Shown here: piece by piece, positions 8,549 through 18,799 of the stretch
How positions within the stretch are numbered: position 1 is the first letter of the stretch
How the letters are laid out: each line of letters starts with the position of its first letter
Source: Desulfosudaceae bacterium
GTDB lineage: Bacteria; Desulfobacterota; Desulfobacteria; Desulfobacterales; Desulfosudaceae
DNA: 64,000 nucleotides
NCBI GenBank assembly: GCA_963674745.2
Contig: CAXXDV010000001.1
Span: 320,001-384,000, forward strand
Direction: 5' to 3'
Position numbers and translations under genes: made by a program
The notes under the pieces: model-generated
The model's database searches: none
What the model was told of the DNA's origin: nothing
Seen by the model: the letters and a program-made list of their open reading frames with translations, nothing else

Positions 8549-10738
8549 TCATTTATCGGTAGCTGTTCTGACGAATTTATAATGTTCCAGGCCTTCAATA
8601 ATCCCGCCGGCGCTAAATGCTTTGGCAAAATAGATATTGCGCCGTTTTCTAAATGTTTCCAGCTCGGAACTGTAGTTGCCTACCACAACCCCCTTGATGT
8701 CCCCCGTCAGCATTTCCGCGTCATTTCCCGAATCGCCGCACACCAGAAAATTGGCCAGCGGGATCTGCCATTTATAAGAAAAGTAGCGGATCGCCTTGCC
8801 CTTGGAAGCCCGGTAAGGAAGGATATCAAGATACTTGTTATGAGAATAAATCAGGTTATAACGGCATTTGTTTTTCAAAAGCGTGTCGTGAATTCTGGCG
8901 ATCCGGTCTTTTCCGGGCGACATGTCATAACTGATCTTAAACTTTCGCTGCGTCTCTTCGTCCTGGTATTTGAGAAACGACAGATCGCTCAAAAGAGAAG
9001 CAATCTTTTCCCGATTCCAGTCCTTTGCGATATGTGTTGCCCAGGCATTGGAAAACTGCAACTTGCGGCCATAATAAATTTCCGCCCCCACTGAAGAAAT
9101 AATGATATCCGGGGGTTTGATACCCGTTCTTTTCAAAAAAGCGACGGCTGAGTCGACTGTTCGGCCGGTTGCCACACCAAAACCGAAGCTGGGCCGGTGT
9201 TTTTGAATCAGGTCACACAGTTCCGGCAACCGGCTGTTATCATCACCCACCAGCGTATTGTCAATGTCACTGATTAAAAAATAATCCAGGCCCATAATAC
9301 GCCGGCCGATAGCGTCCCGGGGTCTGGCCACAGCGACGCCGGTTTTACCGGTTTCCTGGATGGTTTTATTCACATCCCGCATATATTTTTCGGCATGGCT
9401 CTCCCAGGTGTAATGTTTACGGACATTGATGATACCGTTTTTGGAATACCGCTTCCAGGTATCACTGTTGGTGATAATACGCTTAATCGCCCGGCTGATC
9501 GCCCGGCTGTCGGAGGGATCAACCAGGATACCGTTTTTACAGTTGTCGACAATATCCCGTGGTCCGCCGTCATTGGTGGCCACAATGGGCAGGCCGGAAG
9601 AAGCGGCTTCGATAAGCGTCAGGCCGAAGGGTTCGGTCAGGGCCACATTCACAAAAACCCCTTTACGGTCAGCGGCGATTCGATACAGTTCCGGCACCTC
9701 GAATTCAAAATCATGTTTTTTGGGAATGGCCATTTTACCGTAAAGATCATACTTGTCCATGGACAGCAGCATCATGGTCAGCACTTCCCGTTCGTTGTCC
9801 TCCTTGTCTGTTATGTCTTTTCGAATGCCGGCAAACACTGCCAAATTGGCCATGGACGACAACTCCTTGTCTTCGCCATAAGCTTTAATCAGGCCGGAAA
9901 TGTTTTTCCGTTTATCAGGCCGGGACAGGGCCAGTATCAGGGGCTTGTCCGGATAGGTAAAAAAGCGGTTCAACTCCTCGAGCACCGACGCCCGGGCAAA
10001 CCGTTCCTCTTCATAGCGGACATCATCGACCGCATTTTCATGATAAAAGGGATGAAACCGCTCCACATCGATACCCGGCGGCAAAACACTGAACCGGGAC
10101 GGCATGTGGTGGTCGACATAAGCGCCATACTGCTTTTCCACTTCCTGTTTGGTACTGGCCACGATCAGATCACACGTTTTAAGCACATCTTCTTCAGCGT
10201 ATATCCGGCGATCGATTTTGTACTTTTTTATAATGTCCGCTTCCTTCATGCCGTCCGCCATCAGGCGTTCTTTTTTCTGCCGCCCCAGGGAATGGCCGGT
10301 AAACACAAAACTGATATTAAACAGCTGCGCCAGCTGGGAAGCCACGTAACCGGCATCCGCGTAATGGCCGTGAACAATGTCGGGGACCCGCTGTTCCTGT
10401 TTGATAAATTGAATGGTTTTGTCGACAAATTCATCCAGGTGGGGCCATAGCAATTCCTTGCGGATATATTTTTTGCCGCCGCATTGAATGCGGATAATCC
10501 TGAACTTGTCATCCACCTCGCAAACCGGCTCGGCATAATCTGCGGAAACGCTTTTATCTGATATAAGCCTTGTCATCAGGTCTACCCGGGCCACGTCTTT
10601 CCGACGGCTCAGGTTACGGGCCAGCTCCACGACATAGAGTACCTGTCCGCCGGTATCCGCGTCGCGCCCCATCTCCATGTTCTTTTCACGTACCAGTCCG
10701 TGAATGCTGAACATCTGGATATATAGCGGTTTCTTCAT
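8549..10738 (-). CDS. Sucrose-phosphate synthase (GT4) fused to a HAD-IIB sucrose-phosphate phosphatase domain
   Basis: GRDADTGGQVLYV, HGHYADA and EPFGLTLIEA; C-terminal SDIDNTL, ATGR and GDSGND HAD motifs intact. Confidence 0.9.
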   Translation of the reverse strand: MKKPLYIQMFSIHGLVREKNMEMGRDADTGGQVLYVVELARNLSRRKDVARVDLMTRLISDKSVSADYAEPVCEVDDKFRIIRIQCGGKKYIRKELLWPHLDEFVDKTIQFIKQEQRVPDIVHGHYADAGYVASQLAQLFNISFVFTGHSLGRQKKERLMADGMKEADIIKKYKIDRRIYAEEDVLKTCDLIVASTKQEVEKQYGAYVDHHMPSRFSVLPPGIDVERFHPFYHENAVDDVRYEEERFARASVLEELNRFFTYPDKPLILALSRPDKRKNISGLIKAYGEDKELSSMANLAVFAGIRKDITDKEDNEREVLTMMLLSMDKYDLYGKMAIPKKHDFEFEVPELYRIAADRKGVFVNVALTEPFGLTLIEAASSGLPIVATNDGGPRDIVDNCKNGILVDPSDSRAISRAIKRIITNSDTWKRYSKNGIINVRKHYTWESHAEKYMRDVNKTIQETGKTGVAVARPRDAIGRRIMGLDYFLISDIDNTLVGDDNSRLPELCDLIQKHRPSFGFGVATGRTVDSAVAFLKRTGIKPPDIIISSVGAEIYYGRKLQFSNAWATHIAKDWNREKIASLLSDLSFLKYQDEETQRKFKISYDMSPGKDRIARIHDTLLKNKCRYNLIYSHNKYLDILPYRASKGKAIRYFSYKWQIPLANFLVCGDSGNDAEMLTGDIKGVVVGNYSSELETFRKRRNIYFAKAFSAGGIIEGLEHYKFVRTATDK

Positions 10739-10770
10739 GGGATAACTTCCTTTCGAAGAAGTAAGTAATT

Positions 10771-10913
10771 AGGCCACCTCTAAAAATTGCCTTTTGGTCC
10801 GATCTCGGCGTTGTGCTCAAATTTTAATCCTCGAAATACTCAATGTATTCCTCCGGTTAAAATTATCGCACGCCTTGACCTCGAACCAAAATTCTAATTT
10901 TTAGAGATACCCT
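10771..10913. mobile_element. MITE-like ~143 bp palindromic element
   Basis: Termini AGGCCACCTCTAAAAATT and AATTTTTAGAGATACCCT; the whole element folds as an imperfect hairpin. Confidence 0.65.
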
Positions 10914-11795
10914 TTATATTTTCATTTGATCGTAAAAATCGCCGCTGGCCGGGACCGCACCGGGAATACCGCAAATGCGTCCGGCAAAAGCCGTGGCCGC
11001 CGATAACGTCTGCCGGATATCACGATTTTTCAAATATCCGGCCGCCATCACGGCCGCGAAGGCGTCACCGGCGCCGACAGTGTCAACGCATTCAACATTT
11101 TGACTCAGCGGCATTTCAATATGCGCGTCAGGGGTAAACATTTCACTGCCACGATCGCCTTTGGTCAATGCCACCAGCGACAGGCCATAATCTTTTATCA
11201 GGCGCGCCACTCTCGCCGCTGTGTCTCCGCTCAGGTCGAACATCTCCGCAATCACACCAAGCTCCTCATCGTTCAGTTTCAGGATATCCGTATATAATAA
11301 TGACTGACGGACAATACTCCGGCTGTAACAGCCGGGACGCAGGTTGATATCATAAAAAACAACGGTTTCCGGTGAACATGATCGAAGAATGCGTTCCATG
11401 GTCTGGCGTCCCGTCAGCGTGCGCTGCACCAGGGTACCAAAATATATCAACTTCGGCGGTGTTCGCAGAAGTTGTTCAATGGCATCGGTAAAGGCGATAT
11501 AATCATAAGCCGCGTCCCGGACGATATCGAAGCGGTGACCACCCGCCGGGTCAGGGTAAACCATGACTTTTCCGGTTTTATGCACTTTATCGTTCTGCAC
11601 ATACGTTAAATCGAATCCCGACCGCTGCATAAAATCCCGAAGGCTGTCACGCTCCTCGTCCTCGCCCACGCGTGTGAGGAACTTGACTTCAAAGCCCATC
11701 TGAACCAGATGAAAGGCAAAGTTAAACGGCGCTCCGCCGATACGCCTGGCGTCCGGAAACACATCGTACAACACCTCACCGACTACAAGAAGCAT
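10914..11795 (-). CDS. PfkB-family carbohydrate kinase (probable fructokinase)
   Basis: GGAPFN, DINLRP, LKLNDEE and DTVGAGDAF motifs; upstream of the SPS gene. Confidence 0.88.
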   Translation of the reverse strand: MLLVVGEVLYDVFPDARRIGGAPFNFAFHLVQMGFEVKFLTRVGEDEERDSLRDFMQRSGFDLTYVQNDKVHKTGKVMVYPDPAGGHRFDIVRDAAYDYIAFTDAIEQLLRTPPKLIYFGTLVQRTLTGRQTMERILRSCSPETVVFYDINLRPGCYSRSIVRQSLLYTDILKLNDEELGVIAEMFDLSGDTAARVARLIKDYGLSLVALTKGDRGSEMFTPDAHIEMPLSQNVECVDTVGAGDAFAAVMAAGYLKNRDIRQTLSAATAFAGRICGIPGAVPASGDFYDQMKI

Positions 11796-12082
11796 AAGGT
11801 TGATTACCCTTTAAAATTAAAGATTTAAAAGAATGACAATTCTTGTATTTTGGACAAAATTGATTCGCATCGCAGAAGGGATAACGCTTTTTTTATAAAC
11901 CATATCACATCCGCTCCGTTTGCACAACACCCCAGGGCCGGCACCCTCCGCCCTACGGCCACAACGGGTGAGTATGATATCAACATCCTGCGATACGCAT
12001 TTATACCTCGATTTTTTTGTTGTAAAAGAGGCGATTAAACATAATAATGTTAAAAATATGTTTTAATTGAAAAAGTGTTTTC

Positions 12083-15000
12083 ATGGATATGTCCCCCATA
12101 TTTCCGGTATCTGCAATCGCCCTGGTTTTTCTGCTCGGTGTGCTTGCCGCCCTGTTGCTGAGTCGCGACAAACTTAAAAAAAGGCTCGAAGAAACCCGGG
12201 CAGCATATCAACATCTTGAGGAAGCCTCGAAAAGCTATCGCCTGCTGGCGGAAAATATCAATGAGGTTATTTATATTATTGATATCGCCACCCTGCAATA
12301 CACGTATGCCAGCCCTTCGGTCCTCCGGACGCACGGTTTTACACCCGAAGAACTGACCGAGCTGACAATAAACCGGTTATTAACACCGCAATCCCTGGAA
12401 AAGGCATTAAAACATATAGCCGAAGAGCTTGAGCGGGACAACCTGCCCGGAGTAGATCCTGCCCGGCATATCACCATCGAGCTCGAGCAATATCGGAAAG
12501 ACGGCTCGGTTATACTGGTCGAAACATCTGCCAAGTTCTTGCGGGATGAAACCGGGCGGCCTGTTTCCATCGCCGGCGTCGTCAGGAACATCGGGGAACG
12601 TAAGCAGGCGGAAAACGCCCTGCGGGAAAGTGAAAAGCTGTATCGCCTGCTGGCCGACAATATCAACGAAATTATCTTTATAATCGACCTTGAAACATTT
12701 CGACATACCTATGCCAGCCCTTCGGTAAAAAACATACTGGGATATACACCGGAAGAGATGCTGGCATTGCCCATTGAAAAGGTGCTGGCGCCGAAATCAC
12801 TGGAGCATACCGCAAATATCCTTGCCGATGCGTTTGTCTGGGAGCCCGCATCCGATGCTGCCCCGGACAAAAATGTTATCCTGGAACTGGAAGTCTATCA
12901 CAAAAACGGTTCGATTGTGTGGGTGGAAACCAGCGCCAAAGCGCTGCGTGACATAACCGGAAAGCCCGTGTCAATACTCGGCGTTACCAGGGATATCTCG
13001 GAACGGAAGAAGTCCGAAGCCGCCCTGCGGGAAAGTGAAGAACGCTATCGCCTGCTGGCAGACAATATCAGCGAAGTCATTTACATCATTGACCTGGATT
13101 CCCTTCGCCATTTTTATATCTCCCCTTCCGTATACCAGGTGCATGGATATACGTCGGAAGAGTACCTGGAGCTCCCGCTAGAAAAAGTTCTGACGCCGCA
13201 CTCTCTTGACCTGGCACTCAAAACGATTGAATCAGAAGTTGCCAGAGGATACGATCCGGAAACCGATAATAGCCGGTTTATTACCCTTGAGCTTGAGGAG
13301 TATCGGAAAGACGGATCAACCCTCTGGATGGAAAATATTGCCCGTGTTTACCATGATGAAAAAGGAAAACCGGTATCCATTATCGGTGTGGCCCGGGATA
13401 TCACCGAACGGAGAAGATCCGAAATCGCCCTTCGCGAAAGCGAAAAATTGTATCGCCTGCTGGCCGACAATATCTCTGAAACAATTTCCATTCTCAACCT
13501 GAAAGACCTGTCTCATCAGTATGTTTCCCCTTCCGTAAAAAAGCTCAAAGGTTTTACGGCGGAAGAAGCCCTGGTGCAACCGATTGACCAGGTATTAACA
13601 CCCCCGTCTCTTCAACTGGCCACACAGACCATCACCGAGGAACTTGCCAGGGATGGGCAGCCCGGCGTAACGCCTGACCGTCATCGCACGCTGAAACTGG
13701 AGCAATACTGCAAAAACGGCACCACTGTCTGGACCGAAGTAGCAGCCTCTTTTTTAAGAGACGAAACCGGAAAACCGGTATCGCTTCTGACAGCGGCCAG
13801 AGACATCTCAGAACGGATAAAAGCGGAAATGAATCTTCGTGAAAGTGAGGAACGCTACCGCATGCTGGCCGACAACATCAGCGAATTGATTTATCTCTTC
13901 GACCCGCAACGGCTGCGCTTTACTTTTGCAACACCTTCCGTCCATTCTATGTTTGGTTATACAATAGAAGAGTTTCTGGAACTTCCATTTGACAAATTAT
14001 TGACCCCGCCATCCTTTGAGACAGCCATTCAGGCCATAAAAGACGAACTGGCCAGGGGCCAGGAGCCTGAAAACGGTAATCTTAAATACATCACCCTTGA
14101 GCTCGAGGGTTATCGAAAGGATGGTTCTACGATCTGGACGGAAACGATTGGCCGGATTTTTTTTGATAAAGACGGCAACCCGTTATATCTTCTTGGCGTC
14201 AGCCGTGATCTTACCCAGCGCAAAGAGACAGAAGAAGCCATGAAACAGGCCCGGGACGCAGCTGAAGCGGCCAATCGGGCCAAAAGTGAATTTCTGGCCA
14301 ACATGAGCCATGAAATCCGCACCCCCATGAACGGTGTGATCGGTATGACCGAACTGCTGCTGGGCAGTCCGCTTTCAACGGAACAGCATGAATACGTGGA
14401 CAGTTTGAGAAGCAGCGCGGAAGCGCTCCTGGTGATCATCAAGGATGTGCTTGATTTTTCCAAAATCGAAGCCGGGATGCTCAACCTTGAAATTATTGAT
14501 TTTGACCTGAATCAACTCTGTAAAGAAGTACATGACAATATTAATATCAAAGCCATACACAAACAAATCACCTACCATACATCCATCGAAAAAAACGTCC
14601 CACTCATTCTCAAGGGAGATCCGGTCAGGCTGCGCCAGGTGCTTTTCAACCTCTGTGAAAACGCAATCAAATTTACACAGGAGGGGTCGGTCAGGGTCAC
14701 GGTTTCCCTGAAGGAAAAAACCGGCACAAGGGCCACTCTTTTATTCGAAGTCACGGATACCGGTATCGGTATTCCTTTGGAGCACCAGGATATTATTTTT
14801 GACTCTTTCTCCCAGGTGGACGCCTCCACCACCAGGCGTTTTGGCGGTACCGGACTGGGACTGGCCATATCAAAACGGCTGGTGACCTTACTGGGCGGAG
14901 AAATCAGTGTTTACAGCCGACCGGGCCAAGGCACGACGTTCAGATTTTCAGCCCCTTTTGACATTTTGGAACAACAACCTGCGCCCCTTACCCCATCGGC

Positions 15001-15403
15001 CGGACAGGATCTGGAAACGGTCGTGAATACCAAACCGGCCAAAATCCTTCTGGTCGAAGACAATGATATCAGCCAGAAAGTCATCACACAGATGCTTGAG
15101 CATTTCGGGCATATGGTGACCATTACCGCAAACGGAGCAGAAGCGGTGAAAATATTCGGCCAACAGGATTTCGACCTGGTACTCATGGACATCCAGATGC
15201 CGGTCATGGACGGCGTTACCGCCACAAAAAAAATTCACGAGCTGCAACAGGGCAAAAGCAGAAAAACGCCGGTTGTTGCCCTCACTGCCAACGCCATGGC
15301 CGGTGACCGGGAACGTTTTCTCAGCCAGGGAATGAACGATTATATTTCCAAACCGGTAACACTGGAAACGCTGGAAGTGGTTATCAGGCGGAATATCAGT
15401 TAA
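12083..15403 (+). CDS. Hybrid sensor histidine kinase (TM, 5 PAS, HisKA, HATPase, REC)
   Basis: Five YR(L/M)LA(D/E)NI-initiated PAS repeats; FLANMSHEIRTP, DTGIGI, GGTGLGL and VLMDIQMP. Confidence 0.93.
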   Translation: MDMSPIFPVSAIALVFLLGVLAALLLSRDKLKKRLEETRAAYQHLEEASKSYRLLAENINEVIYIIDIATLQYTYASPSVLRTHGFTPEELTELTINRLLTPQSLEKALKHIAEELERDNLPGVDPARHITIELEQYRKDGSVILVETSAKFLRDETGRPVSIAGVVRNIGERKQAENALRESEKLYRLLADNINEIIFIIDLETFRHTYASPSVKNILGYTPEEMLALPIEKVLAPKSLEHTANILADAFVWEPASDAAPDKNVILELEVYHKNGSIVWVETSAKALRDITGKPVSILGVTRDISERKKSEAALRESEERYRLLADNISEVIYIIDLDSLRHFYISPSVYQVHGYTSEEYLELPLEKVLTPHSLDLALKTIESEVARGYDPETDNSRFITLELEEYRKDGSTLWMENIARVYHDEKGKPVSIIGVARDITERRRSEIALRESEKLYRLLADNISETISILNLKDLSHQYVSPSVKKLKGFTAEEALVQPIDQVLTPPSLQLATQTITEELARDGQPGVTPDRHRTLKLEQYCKNGTTVWTEVAASFLRDETGKPVSLLTAARDISERIKAEMNLRESEERYRMLADNISELIYLFDPQRLRFTFATPSVHSMFGYTIEEFLELPFDKLLTPPSFETAIQAIKDELARGQEPENGNLKYITLELEGYRKDGSTIWTETIGRIFFDKDGNPLYLLGVSRDLTQRKETEEAMKQARDAAEAANRAKSEFLANMSHEIRTPMNGVIGMTELLLGSPLSTEQHEYVDSLRSSAEALLVIIKDVLDFSKIEAGMLNLEIIDFDLNQLCKEVHDNINIKAIHKQITYHTSIEKNVPLILKGDPVRLRQVLFNLCENAIKFTQEGSVRVTVSLKEKTGTRATLLFEVTDTGIGIPLEHQDIIFDSFSQVDASTTRRFGGTGLGLAISKRLVTLLGGEISVYSRPGQGTTFRFSAPFDILEQQPAPLTPSAGQDLETVVNTKPAKILLVEDNDISQKVITQMLEHFGHMVTITANGAEAVKIFGQQDFDLVLMDIQMPVMDGVTATKKIHELQQGKSRKTPVVALTANAMAGDRERFLSQGMNDYISKPVTLETLEVVIRRNIS

Positions 15404-15470
15404 CTTCTTATATTTAAATTCATCCCCCCGTTTTTTTCATCATTTTCAATTCAGTCGATGACACTTGAAT

Positions 15471-15505
15471 GGGTTCAAGGAGTCAAGGGGTCGAGGGTTG
15501 AAGGG
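15471..15505 (+). repeat. 8-mer array GG(G/A)(T/G)TC(A/G)A
   Basis: gggttcaa ggagtcaa ggggtcga gggttgaa. Confidence 0.7.
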
Positions 15506-15521
15506 ATTGTAAGGCAAGCCT

Positions 15522-16388
15522 TTACCTTAACCACTTAACCGAGGGGCTTTTGCGGAACGCCGTGTTGGTATGCCTGTAGGCGGGATATCCCAGAACAAGG
15601 CCGACATGAACACACCGGTCCCGGGGAATTTGCAACAGACGTCGAAGCTTGCGGCTGCGTTTTAACATCAGCACCAGAAAGCCGATATAGCAGGTTCCCA
15701 ACTCCCGGGCATGGGCGTAATTGATCATATTGGTAGCGGCGATGTTACAATTGTCCGGGCCAAAGGCCGCGCCTCTGGGCGTCGCGATCAGGATCAGTAC
15801 CGGGGCGTTATGCAGGATAAAATCCCGTCCTTTTTTATTCTCCGCGATATAATAATCCATGGTACCCAAATAACGGTTCAATGTGCGAACCAGGCCGGTG
15901 TTTTGAAAAACCGCCAACAACTTCCGTCCGATGCCTGAATTGGCCCACCTGTTCAACCGTACACCGAAGCCAAAAATGTGCGCGGCGACCTGATCCAACA
16001 CCTGCCGGTCGGTCACCACCGTGTAGACGACATTTTGTAAATTACTGGCCGTGGGCGAAAACCGGGCCAGATCAATCAGTTCTTCAATCACCTCATCCGG
16101 CACCGGATCTTTTTTATAACGACGAATGCTTCGCCGGGAAACAGCGATTTCCCGGTAAACTTCCGGATCAAGCCGCTTTTTATCAATCCGTTGGGTCTGT
16201 AACTCGTCCAGCAGGGAATGTTGCACTGCTCCGGACGGGCATACCGCCAGGCAGTGGCCGCAGGCATTGCACATTTTCGGATTGACCGGCCGTGGCACGC
16301 CATCTATCTCTCTCCACACCCCGGCCACGCATTCCTGAACGCAAAGCATGCACAGGGTGCATTTTTCTTCCCGCCTTTTGATTTCCAT
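15522..16388 (-). CDS. Nitroreductase family protein with N-terminal 2x[4Fe-4S] domain
   Basis: CTLCMLCVQEC and CNACGHCLAVCP; RRSIRRY, SPTASN and LGTCYIG. Confidence 0.9.
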   Translation of the reverse strand: MEIKRREEKCTLCMLCVQECVAGVWREIDGVPRPVNPKMCNACGHCLAVCPSGAVQHSLLDELQTQRIDKKRLDPEVYREIAVSRRSIRRYKKDPVPDEVIEELIDLARFSPTASNLQNVVYTVVTDRQVLDQVAAHIFGFGVRLNRWANSGIGRKLLAVFQNTGLVRTLNRYLGTMDYYIAENKKGRDFILHNAPVLILIATPRGAAFGPDNCNIAATNMINYAHARELGTCYIGFLVLMLKRSRKLRRLLQIPRDRCVHVGLVLGYPAYRHTNTAFRKSPSVKWLR

Positions 16389-17234
16389 TTATGATTTGTT
16401 CCCGCCATTTGAATTCAAATAATTGTCAAACCAGCCTTTTTTATAGATATACCCGGAAATGCGCAAATAGCTTTCAGGAAACAGTCGTTTCATTAACCAG
16501 ATGGCCTTCCCATCGATCTGACAGATGGCATAAAATTTTTTCTTTTCAGCGCAGTTATAGGCGTGACGGGCCACATCTTCGGCCGTCACTTTTGATTTTT
16601 CGAAAAATGAACTGGCCATATTGACCTGACGGGCCTGGGGGGATTTAAACTGATCCATCAGGTTGGTCTTGAAAAATGTCGGGGCAATGACGGTAACACC
16701 GATATTTTTCGGCGCCAGTTCCATGCGCAGGGTCTCGGAAAGCGAAATCACGCCGGCCTTGGGTACGTTATAACAGCCCATCTCGGGAAAAGAAGCAATT
16801 CCGGCCGACGAAGCCATATTCATCAGGTGACCGAAGCCCTGTTTCGCCATAATCGGGATGAAGGTCCGGCACCCGTAGATGACGCTCATCAAATCCACGT
16901 CAATCATCCACCGCCAGAGATCAAGCGGCGTTTCTTCCACGTATCCGGCACTGGCCACACCGGCGTTATTGACCATGATATCCACACCGCCCCATTTATC
17001 CAGATAATAAGCCGCCATGGCATTTATTTTTTCCGGATCGGTGACATCACAGACATACATGTCACCCGCACCGCCGGCATTATTGACCAGACGGACCGTT
17101 TCCCCGGCCCGTTCTTCGTTAATATCCGAAACACCTACCCGCCAGCCTTTTTCGGCGAATACCAGGGCCAGGGCCCGGCCGAATCCGCTGCCCGCGCCGG
17201 TAATGACCACCCGTTTTTGCGGAAACCGCTTCAT
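16389..17234 (-). CDS. Short-chain dehydrogenase/reductase (SDR)
   Basis: TGAGSGFG, NNAG and YNVPK motifs. Confidence 0.9.
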   Translation of the reverse strand: MKRFPQKRVVITGAGSGFGRALALVFAEKGWRVGVSDINEERAGETVRLVNNAGGAGDMYVCDVTDPEKINAMAAYYLDKWGGVDIMVNNAGVASAGYVEETPLDLWRWMIDVDLMSVIYGCRTFIPIMAKQGFGHLMNMASSAGIASFPEMGCYNVPKAGVISLSETLRMELAPKNIGVTVIAPTFFKTNLMDQFKSPQARQVNMASSFFEKSKVTAEDVARHAYNCAEKKKFYAICQIDGKAIWLMKRLFPESYLRISGYIYKKGWFDNYLNSNGGNKS

Positions 17235-17350
17235 ATTTCCCTCCTGCCATCAAGTTTTTTTCTACGACTGAGTAGTTTTTTTCTCACAGGACGGGCCTGT
17301 TGTCAATATCATAATACAAATGCATATTCGAACCCGACTTCATTTTTTTC

Positions 17351-17398
17351 TTGACAGGCACACCCCACCCCCTTATATTGAACAAACAGTCAATATAA
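17351..17398 (+). promoter_or_regulatory. Sigma-70 promoter with overlapping palindromic operator (probable TetR site)
   Basis: TTGACA (17351-56), 17 nt spacer, TATATT (17374-79). Perfect inverted repeat TTATATTGA-N8-TCAATATAA at 17373-17398. Confidence 0.75.
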
Positions 17399-17413
17399 GA
17401 GGACCGCTTAACC

Positions 17414-18103
17414 GTGACCCAAAAAACGCTCGGACTCAGAAGGAATCTGAAAGAACAGCAGCGTCGCGCCCAGATCAAAGAGGCGGCCATCAATCTCTTT
17501 TCTTCAAAAGGCTACCAGCAATCCACCATGGATGACCTGGCCGCGGAAGCCGGGGTCAGCAAATCGCTCATTTACTGGTACTGGGACAGCAAGGCCGCTT
17601 TATTGACGGAGCTGATCGACACCTGCATGAATCAATATATTGACCTGCTGACCGAGGCGGTTGAATCCGACGATCCGTTCATGGACAAATTCCACCGAAC
17701 CCTGTGGCAGTACCTTGACATGTCCCGAAAAAGCGACCGGCTCAACAAGCTGGTTCATTTCTGTTCTCTCCACAATACCTCAAAGAACAAGGATAATTTT
17801 GCCAAACGGGTTAATGATCATTACCGCCACGTCCTGGTTTTGATTGAGAAACTGATCGACCAGGCCGTTGAGGCCCGGTTTTTACCGCAAACGACAGACC
17901 GATCCGCAATTTCCCTGCTCCTGCTCTCCCTGACCGAAGGTCACATCTACATGTCAATCCTGGAAGAACGGCTTCCTCTGGAGCGTATTTTCACCGGCAT
18001 GTTTCTGCTGTTGATGGAAGGCCAGAACGTGTCTCAGGAACAGGCAACCACAAATAATATCGGCGATAATATTGAACAACCAGTACCGAAACAAAAAGAA
18101 TAA
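17414..18103 (+). CDS. TetR/AcrR family transcriptional regulator
   Basis: LFSSKGYQQSTMDDLAAEAGVSKSLIYWYW helix-turn-helix. Confidence 0.9.
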   Translation: MTQKTLGLRRNLKEQQRRAQIKEAAINLFSSKGYQQSTMDDLAAEAGVSKSLIYWYWDSKAALLTELIDTCMNQYIDLLTEAVESDDPFMDKFHRTLWQYLDMSRKSDRLNKLVHFCSLHNTSKNKDNFAKRVNDHYRHVLVLIEKLIDQAVEARFLPQTTDRSAISLLLLSLTEGHIYMSILEERLPLERIFTGMFLLLMEGQNVSQEQATTNNIGDNIEQPVPKQKE

Positions 18104-18127
18104 AAACCCATTTTTTCAGGAGGCATT

Positions 18128-18799
18128 ATGAGTGACCGGCAATTTCAGGCATTATCATCGTTCCGCGAGAAATTTCTGAGTTTTGACATTGACGCCATAA
18201 ATCAGGAAGCGGACAACATGCTGGCCGCAGGTGTCGGTGTCAGGCAGTTTCTTGACACCTGCACGCCGATCATGGCCGAGATCGGTGACAAATTCGAAAA
18301 AGGCGAATATTACCTTCCCCACCTGGTCATGGCCGGCGAAATGTTCAAAACCGCCAGCGCTAAAGTCAAAAGCGCCATGCAGGCCGAGGACAGCGGCAAT
18401 GCCATTGCCGATATTGTACTGGGAACCCCCAAAGGCGATATCCACGACCTGGGCAAGGATATTTTCGCGGTCCTGGCCGAAGCCAGCGGTTTTGCCGTTC
18501 ACAACCTGGGCGTCGACGTCCCGCCGGAAGCCTTTATCGCCCGGGTGGAAGAAACCGGCGCCGGCATTCTGGGCCTGTCTTCCTTGTTGACGACCACATT
18601 TGAAACAATCGAAGAGATTATTTCCCAGCTGGACAAGAAAGGACTGCGCAAACAGACACGTGTCATCCTCGGCGGCGGTGCCACCGAGCAAAGCCTGATC
18701 GAAAAACTGGGGGTTGATTTTCAGACCAGGGATGCCTACGAGGGCATTACCATTCTTAAAAACCTGACCGACGGAGAGACGAAAGGAGCCATGGCATGA
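18128..18799 (+). CDS. Cobalamin-binding corrinoid protein (MtaC/MtbC-like)
   Basis: Cap domain (IGDKFEKGEYYLPHL), DIHDLG (DxHxxG), GLSSL and ILGGG. Confidence 0.92.
   Translation: MSDRQFQALSSFREKFLSFDIDAINQEADNMLAAGVGVRQFLDTCTPIMAEIGDKFEKGEYYLPHLVMAGEMFKTASAKVKSAMQAEDSGNAIADIVLGTPKGDIHDLGKDIFAVLAEASGFAVHNLGVDVPPEAFIARVEETGAGILGLSSLLTTTFETIEEIISQLDKKGLRKQTRVILGGGATEQSLIEKLGVDFQTRDAYEGITILKNLTDGETKGAMA

Noticed and set aside
17235..18127. Cobalamin riboswitch upstream of the corrinoid genes
   Set aside because: No B12-box-like sequence is visible and the leaders are too short.
18797..18799. Other UGA stops (18799, 43381, 51080, 53042, 56879, 57968) as selenocysteine
   Set aside because: The proteins look complete, stops overlap or abut the next gene or a repeat, and none sits at a recognisable conserved Cys position.
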